The notes under the pieces were generated by a model, which worked only from the letters and a program-made list of their open reading frames with translations, was not told the DNA's origin and did no database searches. A DNA stretch of 63,922 nucleotides, counting the filler, from Nanobdellota archaeon (GTDB lineage Archaea > Nanobdellota > Nanobdellia > Woesearchaeales > CAZZGN01), in NCBI GenBank assembly GCA_051819665.1. It is 3 parts of 3 records of this genome, joined end to end, with 100 filler letters (N's around TTAATTAATTAA, not from the genome) between each part and the next. Parts side by side here need not be neighbours in the genome. Positions count along the whole stretch, not along the records: positions 44,752 to 63,922 come from JBNJDG010000016.1; 2 more parts are not named here. One strand, 5' to 3'. Below, one piece after another: positions 49,343 to 59,082 of the stretch (position 1 is the first letter of the stretch; each line of letters starts with the position of its first letter). Both the position numbers and the translations under genes were made by a program.

Positions 49343-50626
49343 ATGAAGTACATATTACCGATATTGGTCATGATGAGCATTTTGATAGTTGGCTGCGCCC
49401 AGACAGATCCTCTTGCAGGATACTGTGAAGAAGGCGAAGAGCCCGTTGTTGAGTGCAAAGAAACAGAGAACGAATCTACTGTTGATGACCTAAAGGATAA
49501 ATTAGAAGATACTGAAGACAAGACGGACGAAGAGAAAGAACAGGAAAAGACTGAAAACAAGACAGTCGAGAAAGAAGAAAGGACCGAGAATAAGACAGCT
49601 GAGAAGGACGAAGAGAAAGAGCAGGAGACAGAATTCGCAGATGTAAGGGAATATAAGGAAGGCGACCTGGTATCTTTCTCAGACGTCAAGGTTACTGATC
49701 CTGATGGAGACCCTATCGAACTATCTTTCTCCGAACCGTTAAATGAAGACGGAGAATGGCAGACAGAACAGGGAGATGCAGGACAGTATGTTTCTACAAT
49801 CACTGCTTCAGACGGAGAGATAGAGGTAAGTAAACAAGTCAAGATAGTCGTGGAGGGGGTCAATGAGGCTCCTGTAATAGATGTTCAGGACGAGATAACT
49901 GTCGATGAAGGAGAGACAGTAAGCATCGAACCTTCTGTGACTGACCCTGAAGGAGACAGCGTTGAAGTTTCATTCAGCGGATGGATGGATTCAGAGGAAT
50001 ACACTACAAACTACGATGATGCAGGAGAATATACTGTAACTGTTACAGCCACAGATGGCAAGAACTCGGTTGAAGAGGAAGTGACTGTTGTAGTGAATGA
50101 TGTGAACAGGGCTCCTGAACTTGAGAAGCCATCCTACGACATCATAGCAGAGGAAGGTGAGGAGATTGAGCTTTCTTTAAGTGCAGATGATCCTGACGGC
50201 GACGATGTGACTCTCTCCTATAGCGAGCCCTTCAGTGAAGAAGGTACCTGGCAGACCGAAGAGGGAGACGCAGGTGAATACACAGTAACTGTAACAGCTT
50301 CCGATGGTGACAAAGAGAGCTCAATAGAGCTTCCGGTTGTAGTGGAAAGTCTCAACAAGGCTCCTGTAATAGACGTTCAGGACGAGATAACTGTCGATGA
50401 AGGAGAAACAGTAAGCATCGATCCTTCTGTGACTGACCCTGAAGGGGACAGCGTTGAAGTTTCATTCAGCGGATGGATGGACTCCTCCGAGTATGAGACC
50501 AACTACAACGACTCAGGTGAACACACTGTGACTGTCACAGCATCCGATGGTGAAGACTCCTCCAGCAAGGATGTAACAGTCACTGTCAATAATGTGAACA
50601 GAGAACCTGAATTTACTTGGGAATAA
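49343..50626 (+). CDS. Acidic surface lipoprotein with four cadherin/Ig-like repeats
   Basis: IVGC lipobox; repeats of DPDGD/DPEGD...YTVTVTA(S/T)DG...VN.AP. Confidence 0.85.
   Translation: MKYILPILVMMSILIVGCAQTDPLAGYCEEGEEPVVECKETENESTVDDLKDKLEDTEDKTDEEKEQEKTENKTVEKEERTENKTAEKDEEKEQETEFADVREYKEGDLVSFSDVKVTDPDGDPIELSFSEPLNEDGEWQTEQGDAGQYVSTITASDGEIEVSKQVKIVVEGVNEAPVIDVQDEITVDEGETVSIEPSVTDPEGDSVEVSFSGWMDSEEYTTNYDDAGEYTVTVTATDGKNSVEEEVTVVVNDVNRAPELEKPSYDIIAEEGEEIELSLSADDPDGDDVTLSYSEPFSEEGTWQTEEGDAGEYTVTVTASDGDKESSIELPVVVESLNKAPVIDVQDEITVDEGETVSIDPSVTDPEGDSVEVSFSGWMDSSEYETNYNDSGEHTVTVTASDGEDSSSKDVTVTVNNVNREPEFTWE
49866..50481 (+). repeat. Intragenic ~124-bp near-identical duplication (49866-49989 vs 50358-50481)
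   Basis: Offset 492 nt, which is 164 codons. Confidence 0.9.
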
Positions 50627-50667
50627 TTCCCATAACTTTTTATATTCTTTTTTGATACTTATTTCTT

Positions 50668-52725
50668 ATGTGCGGTATAATCGGTTCTTTCACTCATGGA
50701 TCTTACGAGGAAGTCCTTAATGGCCTTGAAATGATGCGATACAGGGGCAGAGATCACAGTGACATATATGATTTCCAGTCAGGAACAGTAGGTCATCTGC
50801 TTCATTCCCTATCAGGAGAAGTCAAACAGCCTTTCACTGGAGAGGGCATCTTCGCCGCAAACTGCGAGATATACAACTACAGGGAGATAGCTGAAGAAGA
50901 GAACATCAACTGTAAGAACGATTCAGAGTTGCTCTTCAGGCTTATCGAGAAGAAAGGTATAGAGGAGATTGATAAAATACTAAACAGGCTGGACGGAGTC
51001 TATGCTTTTTTCTACTGGAAGGATGATAAGATCATCCTGGCAAGGGACATCCTCGGCGTTAAGCCACTTTTCTTCAACAGGCACAACTTCGCTTTCGCAT
51101 CAGAGAGAAAAGCCCTGCCTAAACATGAGATGGAAGAGCTGAACCCGAGGAAAATCCTCAGGTTCGACCTGAAAGAAAAGAAAGCAAGATTGACCGAGAG
51201 AGAATTCTTCCACACAGGCTCTACTGATGAAGCACATGAGGAGATCATAGATAAGACAGGTAAATTATTTGATGAAGCCGTCAGGAAGAGACTGCCGGAG
51301 AAGGATATCGAGATAGGAGTGCTCTTCTCCGGAGGGATTGATTCGACATTGATCGCCAAAAGGCTCAAGGATCTCGGCGTCAGATTCAGGTGCTATACTG
51401 CCGGCTTCCATGAGGAAGGTACAAAAGAACCTGAAGACATAACCTATGCTAAGAGGATAGCAGAAGACCTTGACCTGGATCTTGAGATAAGATACATCAC
51501 AAGAGAGGACATAGAAAAATACCTGAAGAAACTCCTGCCCCTCATAGAAGATTCCAATGTCGTCAAGACCGGTGTAGCCCTCCCTTTCTATATCTCGTGC
51601 GAGATGGCAAAGAAGGACAATGTTAAGCTCATGTTCTCCGGACTCGGCAGTGAAGAGATCTTCGCCGGATATCAAAGACACAGGGATTCTTCAGATATAA
51701 ACGAGGAATGCATCTCAGGTCTGCTCAATATGCATGAGAGGGATCTCTACAGGGACGATGTAGTGTCTATGGCCCACAATATGGAACTGAGGCTTCCTTT
51801 CCTTGATAAAAACCTGATCAGATATGCCCTGCAGATACCTCCAAAGTATAAACTGGACAAAGAGAGGGATAAGATAATAATCAGGGAAACAGCTGAAGAC
51901 ATACCTGATTATGTCAGATGGAGGAAAAAGAGAGCCGCCCAGTACGGGAGCAGGTTCGATAATGCTATAAAGAAACTCTCGAAGAGAAATGGTTACAGGC
52001 TCAAGGCAGATTACCTGAAATCTTTCATGAGCAGAAAGAAACCCAAGCTGGGAGCCCTTTTCTCTTCTGGCAAGGACAGCTCCTATGCCCTCTGGGTAAT
52101 GATGAAACAAGGACATGAGATATCATGCCTGATCACAATGAGAAGCAGGAACAAGTACTCCTGGATGTTCCACACTCCTAACATAGAACTTGCTGATCTT
52201 CAGGCAGAGGCCTCAGGGATACCTCTCATAAAGAAGGAAACTGGGGGAGAGAAAGAGAAAGAACTGGAAGATATGAAAGATGCACTCAAGGAGGCCAAGG
52301 AGAGATACGGCATAGAAGGCATTGTGACCGGAGCGCTCTATTCAGAGTATCAGAAAGAGAGAGTTGAGAAAGTATGTAGTGAACTCGGGCTCAAAGTTTA
52401 TTCGCCTCTCTGGCACATAAATCAGGAAAAAGAGATGAGACAGCTTCTCAGGAACGGGTTCAGGATCATCCTCTCAAGCGTGGCTGCCGAGGGCCTTGAT
52501 TCTTCCTGGTTAGGCAAAGAGATAAGTGAGAAGGATATAGACTCTCTGATGAGACTGAAAGAGAAGCTGGGCATAAATGTAGCGGGAGAAGGAGGCGAAT
52601 TCGAAAGCTTAGTCATTGATGCTCCGTTCTTCAGGAAAAGCATAAGCATCACAGATTCAGATATCATGGGGAAAGGACTCAATGCATTCTTTATCGTAAA
52701 GGATGCTTCCATTAAAAATAAATAA
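50668..52725 (+). CDS. Asparagine synthetase B-like amidotransferase fused to diphthine-ammonia ligase (Dph6)
   Basis: MCGI, NCEIYN, RD.LG.KPL, SGGIDS, G.EEIFAGY; then SSGKDS, MFHT and GEGGEFES. Confidence 0.9.
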   Translation: MCGIIGSFTHGSYEEVLNGLEMMRYRGRDHSDIYDFQSGTVGHLLHSLSGEVKQPFTGEGIFAANCEIYNYREIAEEENINCKNDSELLFRLIEKKGIEEIDKILNRLDGVYAFFYWKDDKIILARDILGVKPLFFNRHNFAFASERKALPKHEMEELNPRKILRFDLKEKKARLTEREFFHTGSTDEAHEEIIDKTGKLFDEAVRKRLPEKDIEIGVLFSGGIDSTLIAKRLKDLGVRFRCYTAGFHEEGTKEPEDITYAKRIAEDLDLDLEIRYITREDIEKYLKKLLPLIEDSNVVKTGVALPFYISCEMAKKDNVKLMFSGLGSEEIFAGYQRHRDSSDINEECISGLLNMHERDLYRDDVVSMAHNMELRLPFLDKNLIRYALQIPPKYKLDKERDKIIIRETAEDIPDYVRWRKKRAAQYGSRFDNAIKKLSKRNGYRLKADYLKSFMSRKKPKLGALFSSGKDSSYALWVMMKQGHEISCLITMRSRNKYSWMFHTPNIELADLQAEASGIPLIKKETGGEKEKELEDMKDALKEAKERYGIEGIVTGALYSEYQKERVEKVCSELGLKVYSPLWHINQEKEMRQLLRNGFRIILSSVAAEGLDSSWLGKEISEKDIDSLMRLKEKLGINVAGEGGEFESLVIDAPFFRKSISITDSDIMGKGLNAFFIVKDASIKNK

Positions 52726-52755
52726 TCCTTATACCATTAAAATTATGTGGTAATC

Positions 52756-53022
52756 ATGAGAAGGTATCATGTGTGGATCTACGGAAGGGTACAGGGCGTC
52801 AATTTCAGGTTCAGCACCATGAAAGAGGCAAGGAAGCTCGGTATCAACGGCTGGGTGAGGAACAATGAAGATGGTTCAGTAGAGACTGTCATAGAAGGCC
52901 AGGAGGAGAACATAGATAATATGCTCAATTTCCTGAAGAAAGGCCCGAGCCTTGCAAAAGTGGATGATATCAAGACAGAGAAAGAGAAAGTCCAGGGGCT
53001 CTCTGGATTCACTCTCCAATGA
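52756..53022 (+). CDS. acyP: Acylphosphatase
   Basis: GRVQGVNFR and GWVRN..DGSVE. Confidence 0.95.
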   Translation: MRRYHVWIYGRVQGVNFRFSTMKEARKLGINGWVRNNEDGSVETVIEGQEENIDNMLNFLKKGPSLAKVDDIKTEKEKVQGLSGFTLQ

Positions 53023-53120
53023 TATCAAAAACAATATATATACTTATCCTTAAGAAAATAGCATATGCAGTATAATCCAGGGAATAAAAACGTAAAGCCC
53101 CTCTCCCCGGAGGTTCACAG

Positions 53121-55412
53121 ATGATTTCTGAAACGATAAACCTCCCCATAATAGCTGCAAGCTTTATCTCCCTCATAATATACCTTTTCTTCTACATGAC
53201 CTTTGAAAGTTACAGGGAGATGAGATCTTTGTTGATATACAGCTTCCTTATCTCTATAATATATGCTATCTTATCAAGTGTCGAAAGCTCATATCTAAAA
53301 GGACTACTGATGATCGCATGGCTCATGTTCTTCTACAACCTGATGGGACACGGGATACAGCATCACGGAAAAAGCTTGAAGAAAGGAGTTTCATTCTCTA
53401 TAAAAATCACCTGCCTTTTACTGATAATTCTGACCTTCATCTTCTCCATCAACTCCCCACTGCCCTCCGTTCTTCACTTCCTTGCTTATTTCTTCATCTT
53501 CCTCATGCTCATCATACTTCTTATATCCGGAAGGAAGAAAAAAGATTGTTTCCATAGAGCGAACATAATCATCACAATATTCTCACTTATCTTCATCATC
53601 TCCAATCTGACCGGGAGTGGTAATTTCCAGAGCCTAATCTCTATCTCTCTCCCCATAATCATAGTCAGCATCCTCTCCCTGTCTATAATCAGGCACCATA
53701 AGATCAGAACCAGCATGAAGAAGACTATCACCCTCCTCATATTACTCTTTATAATTATAACAGCAATCTTCTCCTGGAACGCTTTCAGGATAACAGAAGA
53801 CATCAAAGAACAGGAACTGGCAAGGTATAAAGACAACACGCTTGAAAAGATGAATGTAGGGATCTCAGAGATGAAGATAATAACTGACTTCTATTGTAAC
53901 CACCTGGAGAAGATAGATTCCTTCGATAAGTTGAAAGAACATCACTCGCTGGACAAGAAAATCTTAGAGAAAGTCACTTTCATCTCCTCCGAAAAGAGAA
54001 AGAATTATCCGTCGGGAGGGGACATAATAAGGCACGAAGGTCCAAAGGAGATGTGCATATTAAGTACCGGAAACAATAAGAGCATAGACCTGTTCGTAGA
54101 CGGAGAAAAATACCGGGCATTCTCTATCAACATAAGTTCAATAATCAACAAAATAGATTTTCTCTTTACTTCAGAACTAATCATAACTGACAAGGACCAT
54201 CAGATCATTTATTCAAAGGACTTGAGCAGGATAGGTGAACACAAAGAATTCAAAGAGGAATCGGGGATAAGGGATGGAAATTATGAGATCATATACCCTT
54301 TCAACATGAAGGGCAAGATCCTGTATTTCTATACGTCAAAAGATATAGACGAAATATACTCTCCTGTAAGAGGAGGAATAAGGAGCATCATTGTATACAC
54401 TATCATTATCATCTCCTCTCTCACTCTCGGGTTCTCCTTCCTGTTCAGGAACATAACCGGCAGGCTCAGGAAAGAGATAAGATCAAAGACAGAGAGGCTC
54501 AACCAGAAACTTGCCAAAGAGGAAGAGAACAGGAAAAGGATGGACGAGCTTATCAGGAACCTCAAAAGTACAAATAAGGAATTGGAGGACAAGAAAGGAG
54601 AGCTTGAGAAACTCTATAAATATAAGAACAGATGGTCCAAGATGCTTGAAAAAGAGGTGAAAAGGCAGACAGAGAGATTAAGGACAGCCAACAGGAACAT
54701 ATCTAATCTCCTGCAGATGAAGACCCAGCTCATGAATCAGGTAGCTCACGACTTAAGGACTCCTCTCACACCGATCAAGATACTCACCAAACTCATCCTG
54801 AGCAAGGAAGACCTCGATCCCAAGACAAAAGAAAGGATGGAGATCATCAAAAGGAACACCGATTCACTAAACTATCTTGTAACTGATGTGCTCAGCCTGG
54901 TAAGACTTGATTCCGAAAAACACAAGCCCGTATTCAAGGATACAGACCTTAATGCAGTCATTGAAGATTTTATAATCACAAACGGCCCCACCTTCGAGAA
55001 AGAAGGGATAAAGATAAACAAGAGCTTCGATAAGATCCCAAATGTAAAAATTGACAGGAACAAGATAAATGAAGTTATAGGAAATATTGTCTCTAATGCA
55101 AAGAAATACATGGATAAAAAGAAAGAGCTTACCTTTGAAACAAAAAAGCTTAAAAAGGAAGTGATGGTAAAAATAACTGATAGTGGAAAAGGTGTGTCAA
55201 AGGAAAACCTCGAAAAACTATTCAGTGAGTTTTTCAAAGTGAACCAGTATCATGGAGGTGGATCCATCGGACTGGGCCTTTCAATATGCAAGAAGATTAT
55301 CTCCCAGCATAAAGGGAAGATCTGGGCGGAAAGCCCTGGTCTCGGAAAAGGCACATCGATTATATTCACAATACCCATAGGTGATAAGGATGAAAGTGAT
55401 GGTAGTAGATGA
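53121..55412 (+). CDS. Multi-TM sensor histidine kinase
   Basis: Many N-terminal TMs, an extracellular domain and a coiled coil; AHDLRTP, NAKKY, DSGKG and GLGLSI. Confidence 0.92.
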   Translation: MISETINLPIIAASFISLIIYLFFYMTFESYREMRSLLIYSFLISIIYAILSSVESSYLKGLLMIAWLMFFYNLMGHGIQHHGKSLKKGVSFSIKITCLLLIILTFIFSINSPLPSVLHFLAYFFIFLMLIILLISGRKKKDCFHRANIIITIFSLIFIISNLTGSGNFQSLISISLPIIIVSILSLSIIRHHKIRTSMKKTITLLILLFIIITAIFSWNAFRITEDIKEQELARYKDNTLEKMNVGISEMKIITDFYCNHLEKIDSFDKLKEHHSLDKKILEKVTFISSEKRKNYPSGGDIIRHEGPKEMCILSTGNNKSIDLFVDGEKYRAFSINISSIINKIDFLFTSELIITDKDHQIIYSKDLSRIGEHKEFKEESGIRDGNYEIIYPFNMKGKILYFYTSKDIDEIYSPVRGGIRSIIVYTIIIISSLTLGFSFLFRNITGRLRKEIRSKTERLNQKLAKEEENRKRMDELIRNLKSTNKELEDKKGELEKLYKYKNRWSKMLEKEVKRQTERLRTANRNISNLLQMKTQLMNQVAHDLRTPLTPIKILTKLILSKEDLDPKTKERMEIIKRNTDSLNYLVTDVLSLVRLDSEKHKPVFKDTDLNAVIEDFIITNGPTFEKEGIKINKSFDKIPNVKIDRNKINEVIGNIVSNAKKYMDKKKELTFETKKLKKEVMVKITDSGKGVSKENLEKLFSEFFKVNQYHGGGSIGLGLSICKKIISQHKGKIWAESPGLGKGTSIIFTIPIGDKDESDGSR

Positions 55413-55764
55413 TGACAAGGATATGAGGTTCACCGTAAAGGATTCCCTCAAAGCTATGGACCCTTCTTATGAGATCTTTGAGGCAGAAAGCGGAGAAGAC
55501 TGTCTCAGGAAAGTTGAAGGGGTCATGCCTGACCTGATTCTCCTTGATGTAATGATGCCGGGCATAGACGGTACAGAGACCGCCATAAAGATAAGAGAGA
55601 ACAACAAACTTAAAGATATCCCCATCCTTTTCCTTTCTGCAAAAACAGACAATATCACTAAAAGCATGGGTTCTGTTGTCGGAAGTGATTTCATAGAGAA
55701 ACCTTTCGATCCGGAAGATCTGGACAGGAGAATTAAAGAGAATCTCAAAAATGGGAACGTATGA
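55390..55764 (+). CDS. Stand-alone response regulator receiver
   Basis: VVDDD, LLDVMMPG.DG, FLSA and KPF. Confidence 0.93.
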   Translation: MKVMVVDDDKDMRFTVKDSLKAMDPSYEIFEAESGEDCLRKVEGVMPDLILLDVMMPGIDGTETAIKIRENNKLKDIPILFLSAKTDNITKSMGSVVGSDFIEKPFDPEDLDRRIKENLKNGNV

Positions 55765-56380
55765 AACCCTGAAAGTCATATTAAAAAAGAACTTCGGTGC
55801 TGCCGGGGTCAAATACCTTGACGGGACCCTGAAGAAGAACAATATACAAGAATTGGATTCCCTCCCACTTTATCTCCAAGAGAGGATCGTGGATCAGATC
55901 CTGAGCAGGCTTCTGAATAAGATATTCCCGAAAGATAAAGTCCGGGATTTCGAGATCGCGGTGATGTCCCAGATATTCGGCAAAAAACAGGCCATAAAAT
56001 TCGCCTCGGAGAAGATGACCCTTAAACACCCACCGATGGAGTTCATGGAAGGTTTTTTCGGAAGCGAACTGGGCAAGCAGATAAAGCTCATAGAAAAGAG
56101 GAAGAATTCTGATATTAATATAGAGCTCATGGAGAAAGATGAACAGATTGAATTCATAAAAGAGACTCTCGAGAACATAGACCCGAAGATAAAGACAGCC
56201 TTTGCAAAATACCTTCAGGAAGGTTTCGATAAGAGGATCAAGGATCACATCAGAGAGGATAAGACCCTCATATGCAGGATATCTGAGTATCTTGAAAAGA
56301 ACGGCCTTGAGGAGAAAGTGGCTCTCAAGAGGCTCTTAAATTCTATGAAGAATAAGGAAGAACTCCTGAGTTATATCTGA
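55751..56380 (+). CDS. Hypothetical protein with helical 'FG' modules
   Basis: KNFGAAG, QIFGK and GFFGS modules; overlaps the REC gene. Confidence 0.7.
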   Translation: MGTYETLKVILKKNFGAAGVKYLDGTLKKNNIQELDSLPLYLQERIVDQILSRLLNKIFPKDKVRDFEIAVMSQIFGKKQAIKFASEKMTLKHPPMEFMEGFFGSELGKQIKLIEKRKNSDINIELMEKDEQIEFIKETLENIDPKIKTAFAKYLQEGFDKRIKDHIREDKTLICRISEYLEKNGLEEKVALKRLLNSMKNKEELLSYI

Positions 56381-56401
56381 AAAAAAGTAAAAAAAATAAG
56401 G

Positions 56402-56517
56402 AAAGCCCCCTTTAGGTTTTTTTGGCGGGTGGTTTATGAGAAAAATCAAAGGGGGCCTTGAAAATGAAAACTCCCTGCATCTTAGGTGGGTGGGGGGTTA
56501 GAAAAAGAGCAGGGAGT
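56402..56517 (-). terminator. Twin GC-rich hairpins followed by U-tracts (terminator and/or structured RNA)
   Basis: ACTCCCTGC/GCAGGGAGT and GCCCCCTTT/AAAGGGGGC stems between convergent genes. Confidence 0.6.
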
Positions 56518-56526
56518 ATTTGAAGG

Positions 56527-56919
56527 TCATGTTGGTGATTTTTCTAGCTCTTTCTTCCACATTATTCCAATCTTTACCAAAGCATTCCTGAACTTATCTG
56601 ATAGGTAATACGTCTTCTTGTAAAGATCATATTCTATCATCCCCATGGCTTTCATGGGCGTAAGGATACGGTCATAAAACTGCCGCTTATTGTAACTTAT
56701 TCTCACCTTTTTTCCCTTGTAGGGTTCCTCATCTATGTACGTCTCCATCTTCCCCTCATGAAGAGTTGTTGCGAACATAGACATGGCTGACTTGTTCAGC
56801 TCTCCTTCTTCCTTTATATGGTTCACCAAAAGTTTCCCTACGACTCTCTGCTGTTTTGTCGCGAAGATGATCTCATATACATCATCGGGAAAGTTGAACC
56901 TGTCGAACAATATGACCAT
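56527..56919 (-). CDS. Hypothetical protein, possible winged helix
   Basis: RQFYDRILTPMKAMGMIEYD..KKTYYLS. Confidence 0.72.
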   Translation of the reverse strand: MVILFDRFNFPDDVYEIIFATKQQRVVGKLLVNHIKEEGELNKSAMSMFATTLHEGKMETYIDEEPYKGKKVRISYNKRQFYDRILTPMKAMGMIEYDLYKKTYYLSDKFRNALVKIGIMWKKELEKSPT

Positions 56920-57101
56920 TTTATCTATTGAATACAGATAGGCACACTAATATATAAATGTTACGGTTTTGTGTATTGGTATACTAAAAAGTAGACTAAA
57001 ATACGATTATTCTCTTAAACCGAATAAGTGATCAGATTTATAAGGATTTAAAAAAGAAGAAGGCAAGGGTAAAAGAACCAGAAAAAAAGCATAGAGAATA
57101 C

Positions 57102-58961
57102 CTAAGAATGACTGAAGAACTCCTCTATCTTCTTCTTATAATCAAGGCTTATCTTGATAGGCATCTCCGGCGGGAAATGCTTGAAATAATTCGGCCAGCT
57201 GAACCTTTCATCGAGGAAGACTATGATCCCCCTGTCAGTCTCACTCCTTATGCATCTCCCGGCATTCTGCAAAGTCTTCGAGAAAGCAGGATTTATATAA
57301 CCATAATCCCATCCCTTGCCGAACTTAAAATCATAATAAGAGATGAGCTTCTTGGTCTCAAGATTTGGCCTCTGGAGTGGAAGACCGACTATGACAACCG
57401 CCTTGAGCAGATCTCCCGGCAGATCCACTCCCTCGCCGAAAGAACCGGAAGCAACACCGAGGAGAACTCCGCCGGTCTCCTTATACATATGGAACTTGTT
57501 AAGGAGCTGTTTCCTCTCCTTCTTCGTGAGAGACCTGTCCTCTAGGAAAGTGGTCTTATCGGTTTCCATATACTGATAGACGTTCTTCATTATATTATAG
57601 CTGGGAAAGAATATAGCCGAATTTCCAGGCACTGTATTCACAACTTCAGAGCAGTGTTTAGCAATCTCTTCATACATCCTGAGATCCCTTTTCTTATACT
57701 GTGTTGTTGTTTTCGGTATCACTATATTGAGTTTGTTCTTGTCAGGGAAAGGACTCGGCAGAGTAAGGAGCTCTGTCCTGTCAGGATAGCCAAGGAGATC
57801 CTTATACATCTCCACAGGCGTCAGTGTTCCTGACATGAGCACAGTCGAATGAGCGCCCTTTATAGCACCGGAAGTCACAAGAGAAGGATCGAGGCATCTG
57901 TAAGAGAGCTGGATCATCTCCCCCTCTTTCCCCTTGTTCTTCGCTATGAACCTCACGAAGCCTGTATCATCACCCTTCCAGTTATCCATGAAATTAGCTA
58001 TAGAGCCCAGATAGGACTGCCTCTGCTGTTTCCTGACCTCATCAGCAGCCTCCTCAAGCTCATCTATTATTGTATCAAATTCCTTCACCTTGGCCAGTTT
58101 CTTCCTGAAATCCTCTACACCAAGGAGTTTCTCTTCTCCTATGGAGAGCTTATTAGAGAGGTCAAGAAGGACCTCCTGCATACCTACAAGGGAATTTAGC
58201 TGTTCATTCAGTGCGTATTTCTTGGCTTCCTTTATCCCCCTCCTCAACATCGTGCTGGTAAGGTTATAAGTGAGGATATTCCTAGTCCTTGAAGGGACAT
58301 TATGACCCTCATCGACTATGACGATGGATTTCTCTAGGTCCTTATCGATCTTCCCTAAGAAGGAGTCCCTTATCGAAGGATCGAAGATATAATTATAATC
58401 ACAGATGACAACCTTGGCTTTCTTCCCTAGCTCTATGGCCATCTCATAAGGACAGAGCCTTTCCCTGTCACATATTTCTTTTATATTCTCCGAGTCATGG
58501 TCAGAGATGTCCTCAATCTCCTCAAGTATCTTCTTCGCCTTGGGCGTCATCTTCGTGGCAGATTCCCTCGCATTATCATAATACTCACACTGGTTGTTCT
58601 CTTTAAGCTGTTTGCAGAACTCGAAGAAATCATACAACATCTCAGCCCCCGGCTGAAGACACATCTTTCTCTTCCCTATTATATCAGATGTATGGAACTT
58701 GAGTCCGAACTTCTCCTTGAGCAGTTTTATCGTCTCAAGTGCTATCAGGTGCTGTGTATGCCTTGATGTCAGGAAGAAAACTGTAAGTCCGTCTTCCTCA
58801 GCCCTTTTTATAGCCGGACCGAGAGCAGCGGCCGTCTTGCCTATACCCGTAGGAGCATGAACGATAAGGTGCTTCTGTTTCTTTATGCATTCATCGACCT
58901 TCCCCAGCATCTCCTTCTGGCCGGGCCTTATCTCATTATAGGGGAAAAAATATTCTTCCAT
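57102..58961 (-). CDS. XPD/Rad3/DinG Fe-S DNA helicase
   Basis: APTGIGKT, four Fe-S Cys including LCPY, DEGHN, SGTL and Q.AGR.IR. Confidence 0.93.
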   Translation of the reverse strand: MEEYFFPYNEIRPGQKEMLGKVDECIKKQKHLIVHAPTGIGKTAAALGPAIKRAEEDGLTVFFLTSRHTQHLIALETIKLLKEKFGLKFHTSDIIGKRKMCLQPGAEMLYDFFEFCKQLKENNQCEYYDNARESATKMTPKAKKILEEIEDISDHDSENIKEICDRERLCPYEMAIELGKKAKVVICDYNYIFDPSIRDSFLGKIDKDLEKSIVIVDEGHNVPSRTRNILTYNLTSTMLRRGIKEAKKYALNEQLNSLVGMQEVLLDLSNKLSIGEEKLLGVEDFRKKLAKVKEFDTIIDELEEAADEVRKQQRQSYLGSIANFMDNWKGDDTGFVRFIAKNKGKEGEMIQLSYRCLDPSLVTSGAIKGAHSTVLMSGTLTPVEMYKDLLGYPDRTELLTLPSPFPDKNKLNIVIPKTTTQYKKRDLRMYEEIAKHCSEVVNTVPGNSAIFFPSYNIMKNVYQYMETDKTTFLEDRSLTKKERKQLLNKFHMYKETGGVLLGVASGSFGEGVDLPGDLLKAVVIVGLPLQRPNLETKKLISYYDFKFGKGWDYGYINPAFSKTLQNAGRCIRSETDRGIIVFLDERFSWPNYFKHFPPEMPIKISLDYKKKIEEFFSHS

Positions 58962-59082
58962 CTTTTTTCCGGCTGAAGAAGTGATTTATAAAGCTTGCGT
59001 GTACATGTCTTGTGAAGATATAAGATAATACTTCTACACAGTAACAAACTTTAAATATACCTGTTACTTTTAGGTCCAATCT

